Positions 39,601 to 52,200 of a stretch of 64,000 nt of DNA are shown piece after piece. The stretch's first letter is position 1. Each line of letters begins with the position of its first letter. The stretch comes from Nemertoderma westbladi. Taxonomy: Eukaryota > Animalia > Xenacoelomorpha. The stretch spans positions 10,239 to 74,238 of the forward strand of contig JAUCBJ010005407.1 of the NCBI GenBank assembly GCA_032718475.1. Direction: 5' to 3'. The notes beneath the pieces were generated by a model. It made no database searches and had not been told where the DNA came from. It saw nothing but the letters and a program-made list of their open reading frames with translations. The position numbers and the translations under genes are program-made.

Positions 39601-39899
39601 TCCTTTTTTTCTTGTAGGTAGAATTTAGCCACGAACCAGGTTGGATCCTTTTTTCTTGTAAGTAGAATTTAGTTAGCCACGAACCAGGATGGATCCTTTT
39701 TTCTTGTAGGTAGGATTTAGCCACGAAACAGGTTGGATCCTTTTTTCTTGTAAGTAGGATTTAGCCACGAACCAGGTTGGATCCTTTTTTCTTGTAGGTA
39801 GAATTTAGTTAGCCACGAACCAGGATGGATCCTTTTTTCTTGTAGGTAGAATTTAGCCATGAACCAGGTTGGATCCTTTTTTCCTGTAGGTCGGATTAG
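30649..39899. repeat. 44/37-bp satellite (tagccacgaaccaggttggatccttttttcttgtaagtaggatt, short form lacking 7 bp), over 200 units, with higher-order duplications
   Basis: Read directly; most units carry ggatcc. Identical spurious ORFs recur at 853-bp, 387-bp and 3578-bp offsets. Confidence 0.97.
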
Positions 39900-39971
39900 A
39901 CGAGCGATTTTATAGATTTGTGGGAATGTTGAGGTCTCAATGGATATGTTTACAAGGTATGTGAAAGGCGT

Positions 39972-40710
39972 TATAATAATAATAATAATAAATATATTTG
40001 TAAAGCGCCAAAATTACAATTGTGGCGTACTCAAAGGCGCTGAGATTTGCAAGAGCTCTAGACAAACCGGTATAGATACAATGTGTGGTGCGTAAAAACG
40101 GAACATATAAAATAAGTAAGTAAGTTTAGTACAAGTAGTAATATATAACTATAAGTATAATTAAGTTATACAAAGTAAGTAAAATTATAAGTAGATTAAA
40201 ACATATGCATATTAAAAGGTATTACTTAGGGCTTAAAAATATAGAGCGAATGGTTCATAAATAAAAATAGAAATTGATAAACCATATACAGGACAGACAT
40301 ACAGTTGTATCATAAGGTGTACCAAACTCAAAAAACATAAGGTGTAAAATAAAATTATGAAATGACAAGCACATATTACATATTAATAAATTCGGAACAT
40401 ATATGATATAAAATATAGAGTCAATGTTAAACGGTGTCTAGTATAGTTAAAATGTACAATAAAAATAATAAAGTAATACAAATGATCATACTGTAATAAA
40501 ATTTAAAAAGTAGGTGATATTTAATGGTAGGCAGATCTAAAAAGATGGGTTTTTAATTTAGTTTTAAACAGTTCAATCTCGCTGACGTTTCTAAGTTCGG
40601 CAGGCAGTTATGGTTCCATAGTGTCGGGGAGGCAGAGTGGAAGGCTCGACCGCCAGAAGTGGAGTATTTGGTGCGCGGTACGACGAGTGTGGGGGCAGTG
40701 GTTGCGTTCC
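39972..40710 (-). mobile_element. L2-type LINE 3' end (second family): ORF2 C-terminus, long AT-rich 3' UTR, stem-loop and (TTA)n tail
   Basis: Minus-strand TLVVPRTKYSTSGGRAFHSASPTLWN / LPAELRNVSEIELFKTKLKTHLFRSAYH* with stop at 40521-40523. Minus-strand agcgcc...ggcgctttacaaat at about 39997-40041, then the tail. Confidence 0.87.
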
Positions 40711-43700
40711 ATTACTGGCTGTGTTCCATTACTGGCTGTGTTCCATTACTGGCTGTGTTCCATTACTGGCTGTGTTCGTTTATTAGCTGTGTTCCTTTAT
40801 TGGCTGTATTCCATTACTGGCTGTGTTCCATTACTGGCTGTGTTCCTTTATTGGCTGTGTTCCTTTATTGGCTGTGTTCCATTACTGACTGTGTTCCTTT
40901 ATTGGCTGTGTTCCATTACTGGCTGTGTTCCATTACTGGCTGTGTTCCATTATTGGCTGTGTTCCATTACTGGCTGTGTTCCATTACTGGCTGTGTTCCT
41001 TTATTGGCTGTGTTCCATTACTGGCTGTGTTCCTTTATTGGCTGTGTTCCATTACTGGCTGTGTTCCATTACTGGCTGTGTTCCATTACTGGCTGTGTTC
41101 CATTACTGGCTGTGTTCCTTTATTAGCTGTGTTCCTTTATTGGCTGTGTTCCATTACTGGCTGTGTTCCATTACTGGCTGTGTTCCATTACTGGCTGTGT
41201 TCCATTACTGGCTGTGTTCCTTTATTGGCTGTGTTCCATTACTGGCTGTGTTCCATTACTGGCTGTGTTCCTTTATTGGCTGTGTTCCATTACTGGCTAT
41301 GTTCCATTACTGGCTGTGTTCCATTACTGGCTGTGTTCCATTATTGGCTGTGTTCCATTACTGGCTGTGTTCCTTTATTGGCTGTGTTCCATTACTGGCT
41401 GTGTTCCATTACTGGCTGTGTTCCTTTATTGGCTGTGTTCCATTATTGGCTGTGTTCCATTACTGGCTGTGTTCCATTACTGGCTGTGTTCCATTACTGG
41501 CTGTGTTCCATTACTGGTTGTGTTCCATTACTGGCTGTGTTCCTTTATTGGCTGTGTTCCATTACTGGCTGTGTTCCATTACTGGCTGTGTTCCATTACT
41601 GGCTGTGTTCCATTACTGGCTGTGTTCCATTACTGGCTGTGTTCCATTACTGGCTGTGTTCCATTACTGGCTGTGTTCCTTTATTGGCTGTGTTCCATTA
41701 CTGGCTATGTTCCATTACTGGCTGTGTTACATTACTGGCTGTGTTCCATTACTGGCTGTTTTCCATTACTGGCTGTGTTCCATTACTGGATGTGTTCCAT
41801 TACTGGCTGTGTTCCATTACTGGCTGTGTTCCATGACTGGCTGTGTTCCATTACTGGCTGTGTTCCATTACTGGCTATGTTCCATTACTGGCTATGTTCC
41901 ATTACTGGCTGTGTTCCATTACTGGCTATGTTCCATTACAGGCTGTGTTCCATTACTGGCTGTGTTCCATTACTGGCTGTGTTCCATTACTGGCTGTGTT
42001 CCTTTATTGGCTGTGTTCCATTACTGGCTGTGTTCCATTATTGGCTGTATTCCATTACTGGCTGTGTTCCATTACTGGCTGTGTTCCTTTATTGGCTGTG
42101 TTCCATTACTGGCTGTGTTCCATTACTGGCTGTGTTCCATTACTGGCTGTGTTCCATTACTGGCTGTGTTCTATTACTGGCTGTGTTCCTTTACTGGCTG
42201 TGTTCCATTACTGGCTGTGTTCCATTACTGGCTGTGTTCCATTACTGGCTGTGTTCCATTACTGGCTGTGTTCCTTTATTGGCTATGTTCCATTACTGGC
42301 TGTGTTCCATTACTGGCTGTGTTCCTTTATTGGCTGTGTTCCATTACTGGCTGTGTTCCATTACTGGCTGTGTTCCATTACTGGCCGTGTTCCATTACTG
42401 GCTGTGTTCCATTACTGGCTGTGTTCCATTACTGGCTGTGTTCCATTACTGGCCGTGTTCCATTACTGGCTGTGTTCCATTACTGGCTGTGTTCCATTAC
42501 TGGCTGTGTTCCTTTACTGGCTGTGTTCCATTACTGGATGTGTTCCTTTATTGGCTGTGTTCCATTACTGGCTGTGTTCCATTACTGGCTGTGTTCCATT
42601 ACTGGCTGTGTTCCATTACTGGCTGTGTTCCTTTATTGGCTGTGTTCCATTACTGGCTGTGTTCCTTTACTGGCTGTGTTCCATTACTGGCTGTGTTCCT
42701 CTACTGGCTGTGTTCCATTACTGGCAGTGTTCCATTAATGGCTGTGTTCCATTACTGGCTGTGTTCCTTTATTGGCTGTGTTCCATTACTGGCTGTGTTC
42801 CATTACTGGCTGTGTTCCATTATTGGCTGTGTTCCATTACTGGCTGTGTTCCATTACTGGCTGTGTTCCATTACTGGCTGTGTTCCATTACTGGCTGTGT
42901 TCCATTACTGGCTGTGTTCCTTTATTGGCTGTGTTCCTTTATTGGCTGTGTTCCATTACTGGCTGTGTTCCTTTATTGGCTGTGTTCCATTACTGGCTGT
43001 GTTCCATTACTAGCTGTGTTCCTTTATTGGCTGAGTTCCATTACTGGCTGTGTTCCTTTATTGGCTGTGTTACATTACTGGCTGTGTTCCTTTACTGGCT
43101 GTGTTACATTACTGGCTGTGTTCCTTTATTGGCTGTGTTCCATTACTGGCTGTGTTCCTTTATTGGCTGTGTTCCATTACTGGCTGTGTTCCATTACTGG
43201 CTGTGTTCCATTACTGGCTGTGTTCCATTACTGGCTGTGTTCCATTACTGGCTGTGTTCCATTACTGGCTGTGTTCCTTTATTGGCTGTGTTCCATTACT
43301 GGCTGTGTTCCATTACTGGCTGTGTTCCATTACTGGCTGTGTTCCTTTATTGGCTGTGTTCCATTACTGGCTGTGTTCCTTTATTGGCTGTGTTCCATTA
43401 CTGGCTGTGTTCCTTTATTGGCTGTGTTCCATTACTGGCTGTGTTCCATTACTGGCTGTGTTCCATTACTGGCTGTGTTCCATTATTGGCTGTGTTTCAT
43501 TACTGGCTGTGTTCCTTTATTGGCTGTGTTCCATTACTGGCTGTGTTCCATTACTGGCTGTGTTCCTTTATTGGCTGTGTTCCATTACTGGCTGTGTTCC
43601 TTTATTGGCTGGGTTCCATTACTGGCTGTGTTCCATTACTGGCTGTGTTCCTTTATTGGCTGTGTTCCATTACTGGCTGTGTTCCTTTATTGGCTGTGTT

Positions 43701-45692
43701 CCATTACTGGCTGTGTTCCTTTATTGGCTGTGTTCCATTACTGGCTGTGTTCCTTTACTGGCTGTGTTCCATTACTGGCTGTGTTCCTATTACTGGCTGT
43801 GTTCCCTTACTGGCTGTGTTCCTTTACTGGCTGTGTTCCATTACTGGCTGTGTTCCTTTATTGGCTGTGTTCCATTACTGGCTGTGTTCCATTACTGGCT
43901 GTGTTCCTTTACTGGCTGTGTTCCATTATTGGCTGTGTTCCATTACTGGCTGTGTTCCTTTATTGGCTGTGTTCCATTACTGGCTGTGTTCCATTACTGG
44001 CTGTGTTCCTTTATTGGCTGTGTTCCATTACTGGCTGTGTTCCTTTATTGGCTGTGTTCCATTACTGGCTGTGTTCCATTACTGGCTGTGTTCCTTTATT
44101 GGCTGTGTTCCATTACTGGCTGTGTTCCTTTATTGGCTGTGTTCCATTACTGGCTGTGTTCCTTTACTGGCTGTGCTCCATTACTGGCTGTGTTCCTTTA
44201 TTGGCTGTGTTCCATTACTGGCTGTGTTCCATTACTGGCTGTGTTCCCTTACTGGCCGTGTTCCATTACTGGCTGTGTCCCTTTATTGGCTGTGTTCCAT
44301 TACTGGCTGTGTTCCTTTACTGGCTGTGTTCCATTACTGGCTGTGTTCCTTTATTGGCTGTGTTCCATTACTGGATGTGTTCCATTACTGGCTGTGTTCC
44401 ATTACTGGCTGTGTTCCTTTATTGGCTGTGTTCCATTACTGGCTGTGTTCCATTACTGGCTGTGTTCCTTTATTGGCTGTGTTCCTTTATTGGCTGTGTT
44501 CCATTACTGGCTGTGTTCCATTACTGGCTGTGTTCCTTTATTGGCTGTGTTCCATTACTGGCTGTGTTCCTTTATTGGCTGTGTTCCATTACTGGCTGTG
44601 TTCCTTTACTGGCTGTGCTCCATTACTGGCTGTGTTCCTTTATTGGCTGTGTTCCATTACTGGCTGTGTTCCATTACTGGCTGTGTTCCCTTACTGGCTG
44701 TGTTCCATTACTGGCTGTGTTCCTTTATTGGCTGTGTTCCATTACTGGCTGTGTTCCTTTACTGGCTGTGTTCCATTACTGGCTGTATTCCATTACTGGC
44801 TGTGTTCCATTACTGGCTGTGTTCCATTACTGGCTGTGTTCCTTTACTGGCTGTGTTCCATTACTGGCTGTGTTCCTTTATTGGCTGTGTTCCTTTATTG
44901 GCTGTGTTCCATTACTGGCTGTGTTCCTTTATTGGCTGTGTTCCATTACTGGCTGTGTTCCATTACTGGCTATGTTCTTTTATTGGCTGTGTTCCATTAC
45001 TGGCTGTGTTCCTTTATTGGCTGTGTTCCATTACTGGCTGTGTTCCTTTACTGGCTGTGTTCCATTACTGGCTGTGTTCCTTTATTGGCTGTGTTCCATT
45101 ACTGGCTGTGTTCCATTACTGGCTGTGTTCCATTACTGGCTGTGTTCCATTACTGGCTGTGTTCCATTACTGGCTGTGTTCCTTTATTGGCTGTGTTCCA
45201 TTACTGGCTGTGTTCCATTACTGGCTGTGTTCCATTACTGGCTGTGTTCCATTACTGGCTGTGTTCCATTACTGGCTGTGTTCCATTACTGGCTGTGTTC
45301 CATAACTGGCTGTGTTCCTTTACTGGCTGTATTCCATTACTGGCTGTGTTCCTTTATTGGCTGTGTTCCATTACTGGCTGTGTTCCATTACTGGCTGTGT
45401 TCCATTACTGGCTGTGTTCCATTACTGGCCGTGTTCCATTACTGGCCGTGTTCCATTACTGGCTGTGTTACTTTATTGGCTGTGTTCCATTACAGGTTGT
45501 GTTCCTTTACTGGCTGTGTTCCATTACTGGCTATGTTCCTTTATTGGCTGTGTTCCATTACTGGCTGTGTTCCTTTACTGGCTGTGTTCCATTACTGGCT
45601 GTGTTCCATTACTGACTGTGTTCCTTTATTGGCTGTGTTCCATTACTGGCTGTGTTCCTTTACTGGCTGTGTTCCATTACTGGCTGTGTTCC
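40706..45692. repeat. 17-bp minisatellite (ccattactggctgtgtt)n with frequent variant cctttattggctgtgtt, about 293 copies
   Basis: Read directly; the unit is stop-free on the + strand, which explains the long 17-aa-periodic ORFs. Confidence 0.98.
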
Positions 45693-45749
45693 AGTCCAGT
45701 GCTACTGTATGTTATATTTGTATTGCCCAGATGTAGTTGTGTTGAGGCT

Positions 45750-46260
45750 ATAGTTAGTCTACATTATCGACTTCGTTTGTAGGAACTTCCCTGCGGGCCA
45801 TATGTCAGCGGCGTTGCCTTTCTTTATATGCGAGTTCCTGATCGAAGCGTGAGTGATATCAAAGTAGAAGCGTTTGGGATCGGTATCTGGGGTAATGGAG
45901 GTTGTGAACGACTTCAGGGATATGACTTTAACGGCAGCTTAGGCAGAACGCAATGTCAACCGTATGGGGCATGGTTTACCATCCCCCCTCCATATCGTAT
46001 ACCGAGGCGAGTTAAACCGCAGTATGAAAGTGGGTTGTTCGATGCGCTATTTAGGCGTATCGCCTGGGACGCCACGTATAATTACATTCCTCCTCTGTTG
46101 TTCACTTGTAGTAATTATTTTCTCTACTTGTACGTGTTGGTTGTTCAGCAAGCTTCCTTTGTAGGTCTATAATCTGGTCGGAGTTCTTGCGGACTATATC
46201 AGCCCATGAACCTTTATTAGCTTCTATTGCATTCGATATTTCTGCAACTGAATCTTTATA
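45750..46260 (-). mobile_element. Decayed LINE ORF1-like fragment (L2/CR1 type)
   Basis: Minus-strand manual translation: KDSVAEISNAIEANKGSWADIVRKNSDQIIDLQRKL, then after a frameshift EQQRRNVIIRGVPGD, TRLG, KPCPIRLTL. These match the SWADIV, RRxNxIIxGxP, RLG and RPI motifs of LINE ORF1 proteins. Confidence 0.65.
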
Positions 46261-49200
46261 GAAATCTAAGTATTCTCGATGACATTGAAGCGATTTTCGA
46301 ACTGGATTCGTAGTGAACCCATATACAACATTAGATTCTGGGTTTTACATAGAAATCTAAGTATTCTCGATAACATCGAAGCGATTCTCAAACTGGATAC
46401 GTAGTGAACCCATATACAACGTTAGATTCTGGGTTTTATATAGAAATCGAAGTATTCTCGATAACATTGAAGCAATTCTCGAACTGGATTTGTAGTGAAC
46501 CCATATACAACGTTAGATTCTGGGTTTTACATAGAAATCTAAGTATTCTCGATAACATCGAAGCGATTCTCAAACTGGATTCATAGTGAACCCATATACA
46601 ACATTAGATTCTGGGTTTTACATAGAAATCTAAGTATTCTCGACAACATCGATGCGATTCTCGAACTGGATTCCTAGTGAACCCATATACAATGTTAGAT
46701 TCTGGGTTTTATATAGAAATCTAAGTATTCTCGATAACATCGAAGCGATTCTCGAACTGGATTCGTAGTGAACCCATATACAACGTTAGATTCTGGGTTT
46801 TAAATAGAAATCTAAGTATTCTCGATAACATCGAAGCGATTCTTGAACTGGATTCGTAGTGAACCCATATACAACGTTCGATTTTGGGTTTTACATAGAA
46901 ATCTAAGTATTCTCGATAACATCGAAGCGATTCTCGAACTGGATTCGTAGTGAACCCATATACAACGTTAGATTCTGGGTTTTACATAGAAATCTAAGTA
47001 TTCTTGATAACATCGAAGCGATTCTCGAACTGGATTCCTAGTGAACCCATATACAACGTTAGATTCTGGGTTTTACATAGAAATCTAAATATTCTCGATA
47101 ACATCGAAGCGATTCTCAAACTGGATTCCTAGTGAACCCATATACAACGTTAGATTCTGGGTTTTACATAGGAATCTAAGTATTCTCGATAACATCGAAG
47201 CGATTCTCGAACTGGATTCATAGTGAACCCATATACAATGTTAGATTCTGGGTTTTACATAGAAATCTAAGTATTCTCGATAACATCGAAGCGATTCTCA
47301 AACTGGATTCGTAGTGAACCCATATACAACATTAGATTCTGGGTTTTACATAGAAATCTAAGTATTCTCGATAACATCGAAGCGATTCTCGAACTGGATT
47401 CGTAGTGAACCCATATACAATGTTAGATTCTGGGTTTTACATAGAAATCGAAGTATTCTCGATAACATCGAAGCGATTCTCGAACTGGATTTGTAGTGAA
47501 CCCATATACAACGTTAGATTCTGGGTTTTACATAGAAATCTAAGTATTCTCGATAACATCGAAGCGATTCTCGAACTGGATTCGTAGTGAACCCATATAC
47601 AACGTTAGATTCTGGGTTTTAAATAGAAATCTAAGTATTCTCGATAACATCGAAGCGATTCTCGAACTGGATTCGTAGTGAACCCATATACAACGTTAGA
47701 TTTTGGATTTTACATAGAAATCTAAGTATTCTCGATAACATCGAAGCGATTCTCGAACTGGATTCGTAGTGAACCCATATACAACGTTAGATTCTGGGTT
47801 TTACATAGAAATCAAAGTATTCTCGATAACATCGAAGCGATTCTCGAACTGGATTCCTAGTGAACCCATATACAACGTTAGATTCTGGGCAATTCCACGA
47901 AAAGGTCACCCCCACTAACAAAAATTGAAATGATTCAATTATACATATGATGGGTGTTAAAGTAATCCAGATATCCCAAATTGTTGGAAAAACACACACT
48001 GACCCCAATATATTTATGTAACTTCAAAAAAAAATAGGACTGAATATGAAGTAAATATATTCAATAAATCATATTGAAAATTCATTGAACTACTTTTGCA
48101 ATTATCTACACCTCATGGGGACAAGGAAAAAATAAAATTACCAATTACTAACAGAAAAACTAATGGAGTTACAGTGTCAGAGATTTGGAGATTTCATATA
48201 TAGGGTATAATGTTCTACTATGCGGTTGTAATAGACCAAGTTAAAAATTACGTCCGTTACGGAAAAAGGTAAAATTTTTAAAATACAGGAGGAAGGGGTG
48301 ATGTATTAAACTCATCACTTTCTGTGCAAAGCAGATTTATTGTCTAGTAACTTTCGACAAAAAACTAACATCAATGCAGCATGTCTTTGTTGTGTATTTA
48401 TCGTAATGGACGTAATTTGTGTTGAATTATGTTTAAGCGAGGAAATTGATACAATGACAATTACCGGTCCTGTGGTGTTTTTAGGCATTATTGGGGACTG
48501 TTGAATATAAATTAAGTGAATAAATAACAATAATTAATGGCAAGAATTTGGGACAAAAATTGTATGTATGGCAATAATTTTAGTTTCCCGAGACAGGTTG
48601 ATCTTCGTTTAAGTTTTCTGTGATTTAAACCCTTAACATTGTATCCTCTCATTTTTGTAATCCCGTTGGACCTGCTTTTCACCATATAAATGTTACCAAT
48701 AGCAATAAATTTAATATATTAGGCTTATCATTAAACAAAAACCATGCTAAAATTGGAAGTATTTCATAAAATAGGTACCATTGGTTGGTTATAGAGCAGT
48801 AACCATCTAATGTGGAGAAGGAGTAAATATAATATCAAATTACTGACAGAAAAACTAATGGAGATACAGTGAAGGAACTTTGGTGACTTCAAATATAGGG
48901 TATCATGTTCTACTAAGTGGTTGTAATAGACTAAGTAAAAAAATACGTCCGTTACGGAAAAAGGTAAATTTTGAAGATATTAGAGGAAGGGGTGATGTAT
49001 TCGACTCATTGCTTTCAGTGCAAAGCAGACTTATTGTCTATACTTATTGTCTTATAACTTGAGACAAAAAACTAACATCATTGCAGTAAGTCTTTGCTGT
49101 GTATTTTATCGTAACGGACGTAACTGGTTCGCTATAGAGCAGTGACCATCTCCTACACTCTTCAAACAGCGCTACAGCCCTGTAATTTCTCCATTTATGT

Positions 49201-52200
49201 TGGTTGCGGTTTGTTTTTGGCTATTAACAGCCTAACCTGAAGGATTGGCTACTTATATTGTGTTACTGATAGTAAGGCTGCCTTTATTGCCTTTATGCCA
49301 AAATTTAGCTCTTCTGCACCTCTGGACTTCTTTTTATCCAAAATACTATATTAAAAAATATTCAGTGTGACTTAAGTAATGGATTTGCACATTTGTTTAG
49401 TTGAAAACATCAATTTACAGGCAATGGAAAGTAACACCATGTAACATAATTGCACAGTTACGTCCGTTACAGGAGATGGTTACGTCCGTTACGCAAATCA
49501 ATTGCAAACTGCATGAAAACCAGTGGTCAGTAGCCCTAAATTATTTTATTAATATGTTCGGCATCTATTCTGCAATCATTACTAAGAAGGGTTTGTCAGA
49601 ACATTGCTTCAATTCGCACGAATATTGATGAGAACATGGCTACCTCAGAAATTCCATTTTGTGCGATTACGTCCGTTACAGGTGTATTAGCTTGTCCTAT
49701 AAGCACATGCAATTATTTAATAATAATCTGGGGTATTTACGTTATAGTACCAGTGGTCCAGCAACACCACACAAAATATTTATAAAAAATACTCAGTGCT
49801 GTTCGCAGTGGAGGCCTTTAAACTCGGTGATAGTTACGTCCGTTACTGTGGAATTGCCCTTCTGGGTTTTACATAGAAATCTAAGTATTCTCGATAACAT
49901 CGAAGCGTTTCTCAAACTGGATTCCTAGTGAACCCATATACAACGTTAGATTCTGGGTTTTACATAGAAATCTAAGTATTCTCGATAACATCGAAGCAAT
50001 TCTCGAACTGGATTCATAGTGAACCCATATACAACGTTAGATTCTGGGTTTTACATAGAAATCTAAGTATTCTCGATAACATCGAAGCGATTCTCGAACT
50101 GGATTCCTAGTGAACCCGTATACAACGTTAGATTCTGGGTTTTACATAGAAATCTAAGTATTCTCGATAACTTCGAAGCGATTCTCGAACTGGATTCGTA
50201 GTGAACCCATATACAACGTTAGATTCTGGGTTTTACATAGAAATCTAAGTATTCTCGATAACATCGAAGCGATTCTCGAACTGGATTCGTAGTGAACCCA
50301 TATACAACGTTAGATTCTGGGTTTTACATAGAAATCTAAGTATTCTCGATAACATCGAAGCAATTCTCGAACTGGATTCGTAGTGAACCCATATACAACA
50401 TTAGATTCTGGGTTTTACATAGAAATCTAAGTATCCTCGATAACATCGAAGCGATTCTCGAACTGGATTTGTAGTGAACCCATATACAACGTTAGATTCT
50501 GGGTTTTACATAGAAATCTAAGTATTCTCGATAACATCGAAGCGATTCTCGAACTGGATTCCTAGTGAACCCATATACAACGTTAGATTCTGGGTTTTAC
50601 ATAGAAATCTAAGTATTCTCGATAACATTGAAGCGATTCTCGAACTGGATTCGTAGTGAACCCATATACAACGTTAGATTCTGGGTTTTACATAGAAATC
50701 TAAGTATTCTCGATAATATCGAAGTGATTCTCGAACTGGATTCGTAGTAAACCTATATACAACGTTAGATTCTGGGTTTTACATAGAAATCTAAGTATTC
50801 TCGATAACATCGAAGCGATTCTCAAACTGGATTCGTAGTGAACCCATATACAACGTTAGATTCTGGGTTTTACATAGAAATCTAAGTATTCTCGATAACA
50901 TCGAAGCGATTCTCGAACTGGATTCGTAGTGAACCCATATACAACGTTAGATTCTGGGTTTTACATAGAAATCTAAGTATACTCGATAACATCGAAGCGA
51001 TTCTCGAACTGGATTCGTAGTGAACCCATATACAACGTTAGATTCTGGGTTTTACATAGAAATCTAAGTATTCTCGATAACATCGAAGTGATTCTCAAAC
51101 TGGATTCGTAGTGAACCCATATACAACATTAGATTCTGGGTTTTACATAGAAATCTAAGTATTCTCGATAACATCGAAGCGATTCTCGAACTGGATTCGT
51201 AGTGAACCCATATACAATGTTAGATTCTGGGTTTTACATAGAAAATCGAAGTGATTCTCGAACTGGATTCGTAGTGAACCCATATACAATGTTAGATTCT
51301 GGGTTTTACATAGAAATCTAAGTATTCTCGATAACATCGAAGCGATTCTCGAACTGAATTCGTAGTGAACCCATATACAATGTTAGATTCTGGGTTTTAC
51401 ATAGAAATCTAAGTATTCTCGATAACATCGAAGCGATTCTCGAACTGGATTCTTAGTGAACCCATATACAACGTTAGAATCTGGGTTTTACATAGAAATC
51501 TAAGTATTCTTGATAACATCGAAGCGATTCTCGAACTGAATTCATAGTGAACCCATATACAACGTTAGATTCTGGGTTTTACATAGAAATCTAAGTATTC
51601 TCGATAACATCGAAGTGATTCTCGAACTGGATTCGTAGTGAACCCATATACAACGTTAGATTCTGGGTTTTACATAGAAATCTAAGTATTCTCGATGACA
51701 TCGAAGCGATTCTCGAACTGGATTCGTAGTGAACCCATATACAACGTTAGATTCTGGGTTTTACATAGAAATCTAAGTATTCTCGATAACATCGAAGCGA
51801 TTCTCGAACTGGATTCGTAGTGAACCCATATACAACGTTAGATTCTGGGTTTTACATAGAAATCTAAGTATTCTTGGTAACATCAATGCGATTCTCGAAC
51901 TGGATTCGTAGTGAACCCATATACAACGTTAGATTCTGGGTTTTACATAGAAATCTAAGTATTCTCGATAACATCGATGCGATTCTCGAACTGGATTCAT
52001 AGTGAACCCATATACAATGAGAGATTCTGGGTTTTACATAGAAATCTAAGTATTCTCGATAACATCGAAGTGATTCTCGAACTGGATTCGTAGTGAACCC
52101 ATATACAACGTTAGATTCTGGGTTTTACATAGAAATCTAAGTATTCTCGATAACATCGAAGCGATTCTCGAACTGGATTCGTAGTGAACCCATATACAAC

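Noticed and set aside
30679-39724. Many short minus-strand Lys-rich ORFs
   Set aside because: Translations of the 44/37-bp satellite; used only as markers of higher-order periodicity.
40621-45782. Very long ORFs (up to 1297 aa) of CSITGCVPLLAVFHYWL repeats
   Set aside because: All three frames give the same 17-aa period because the 17-bp unit lacks stops; no unique protein domain.
45828-46172. Plus-strand 114-aa ORF
   Set aside because: No recognisable motifs; the opposite strand carries the LINE ORF1-like signal.
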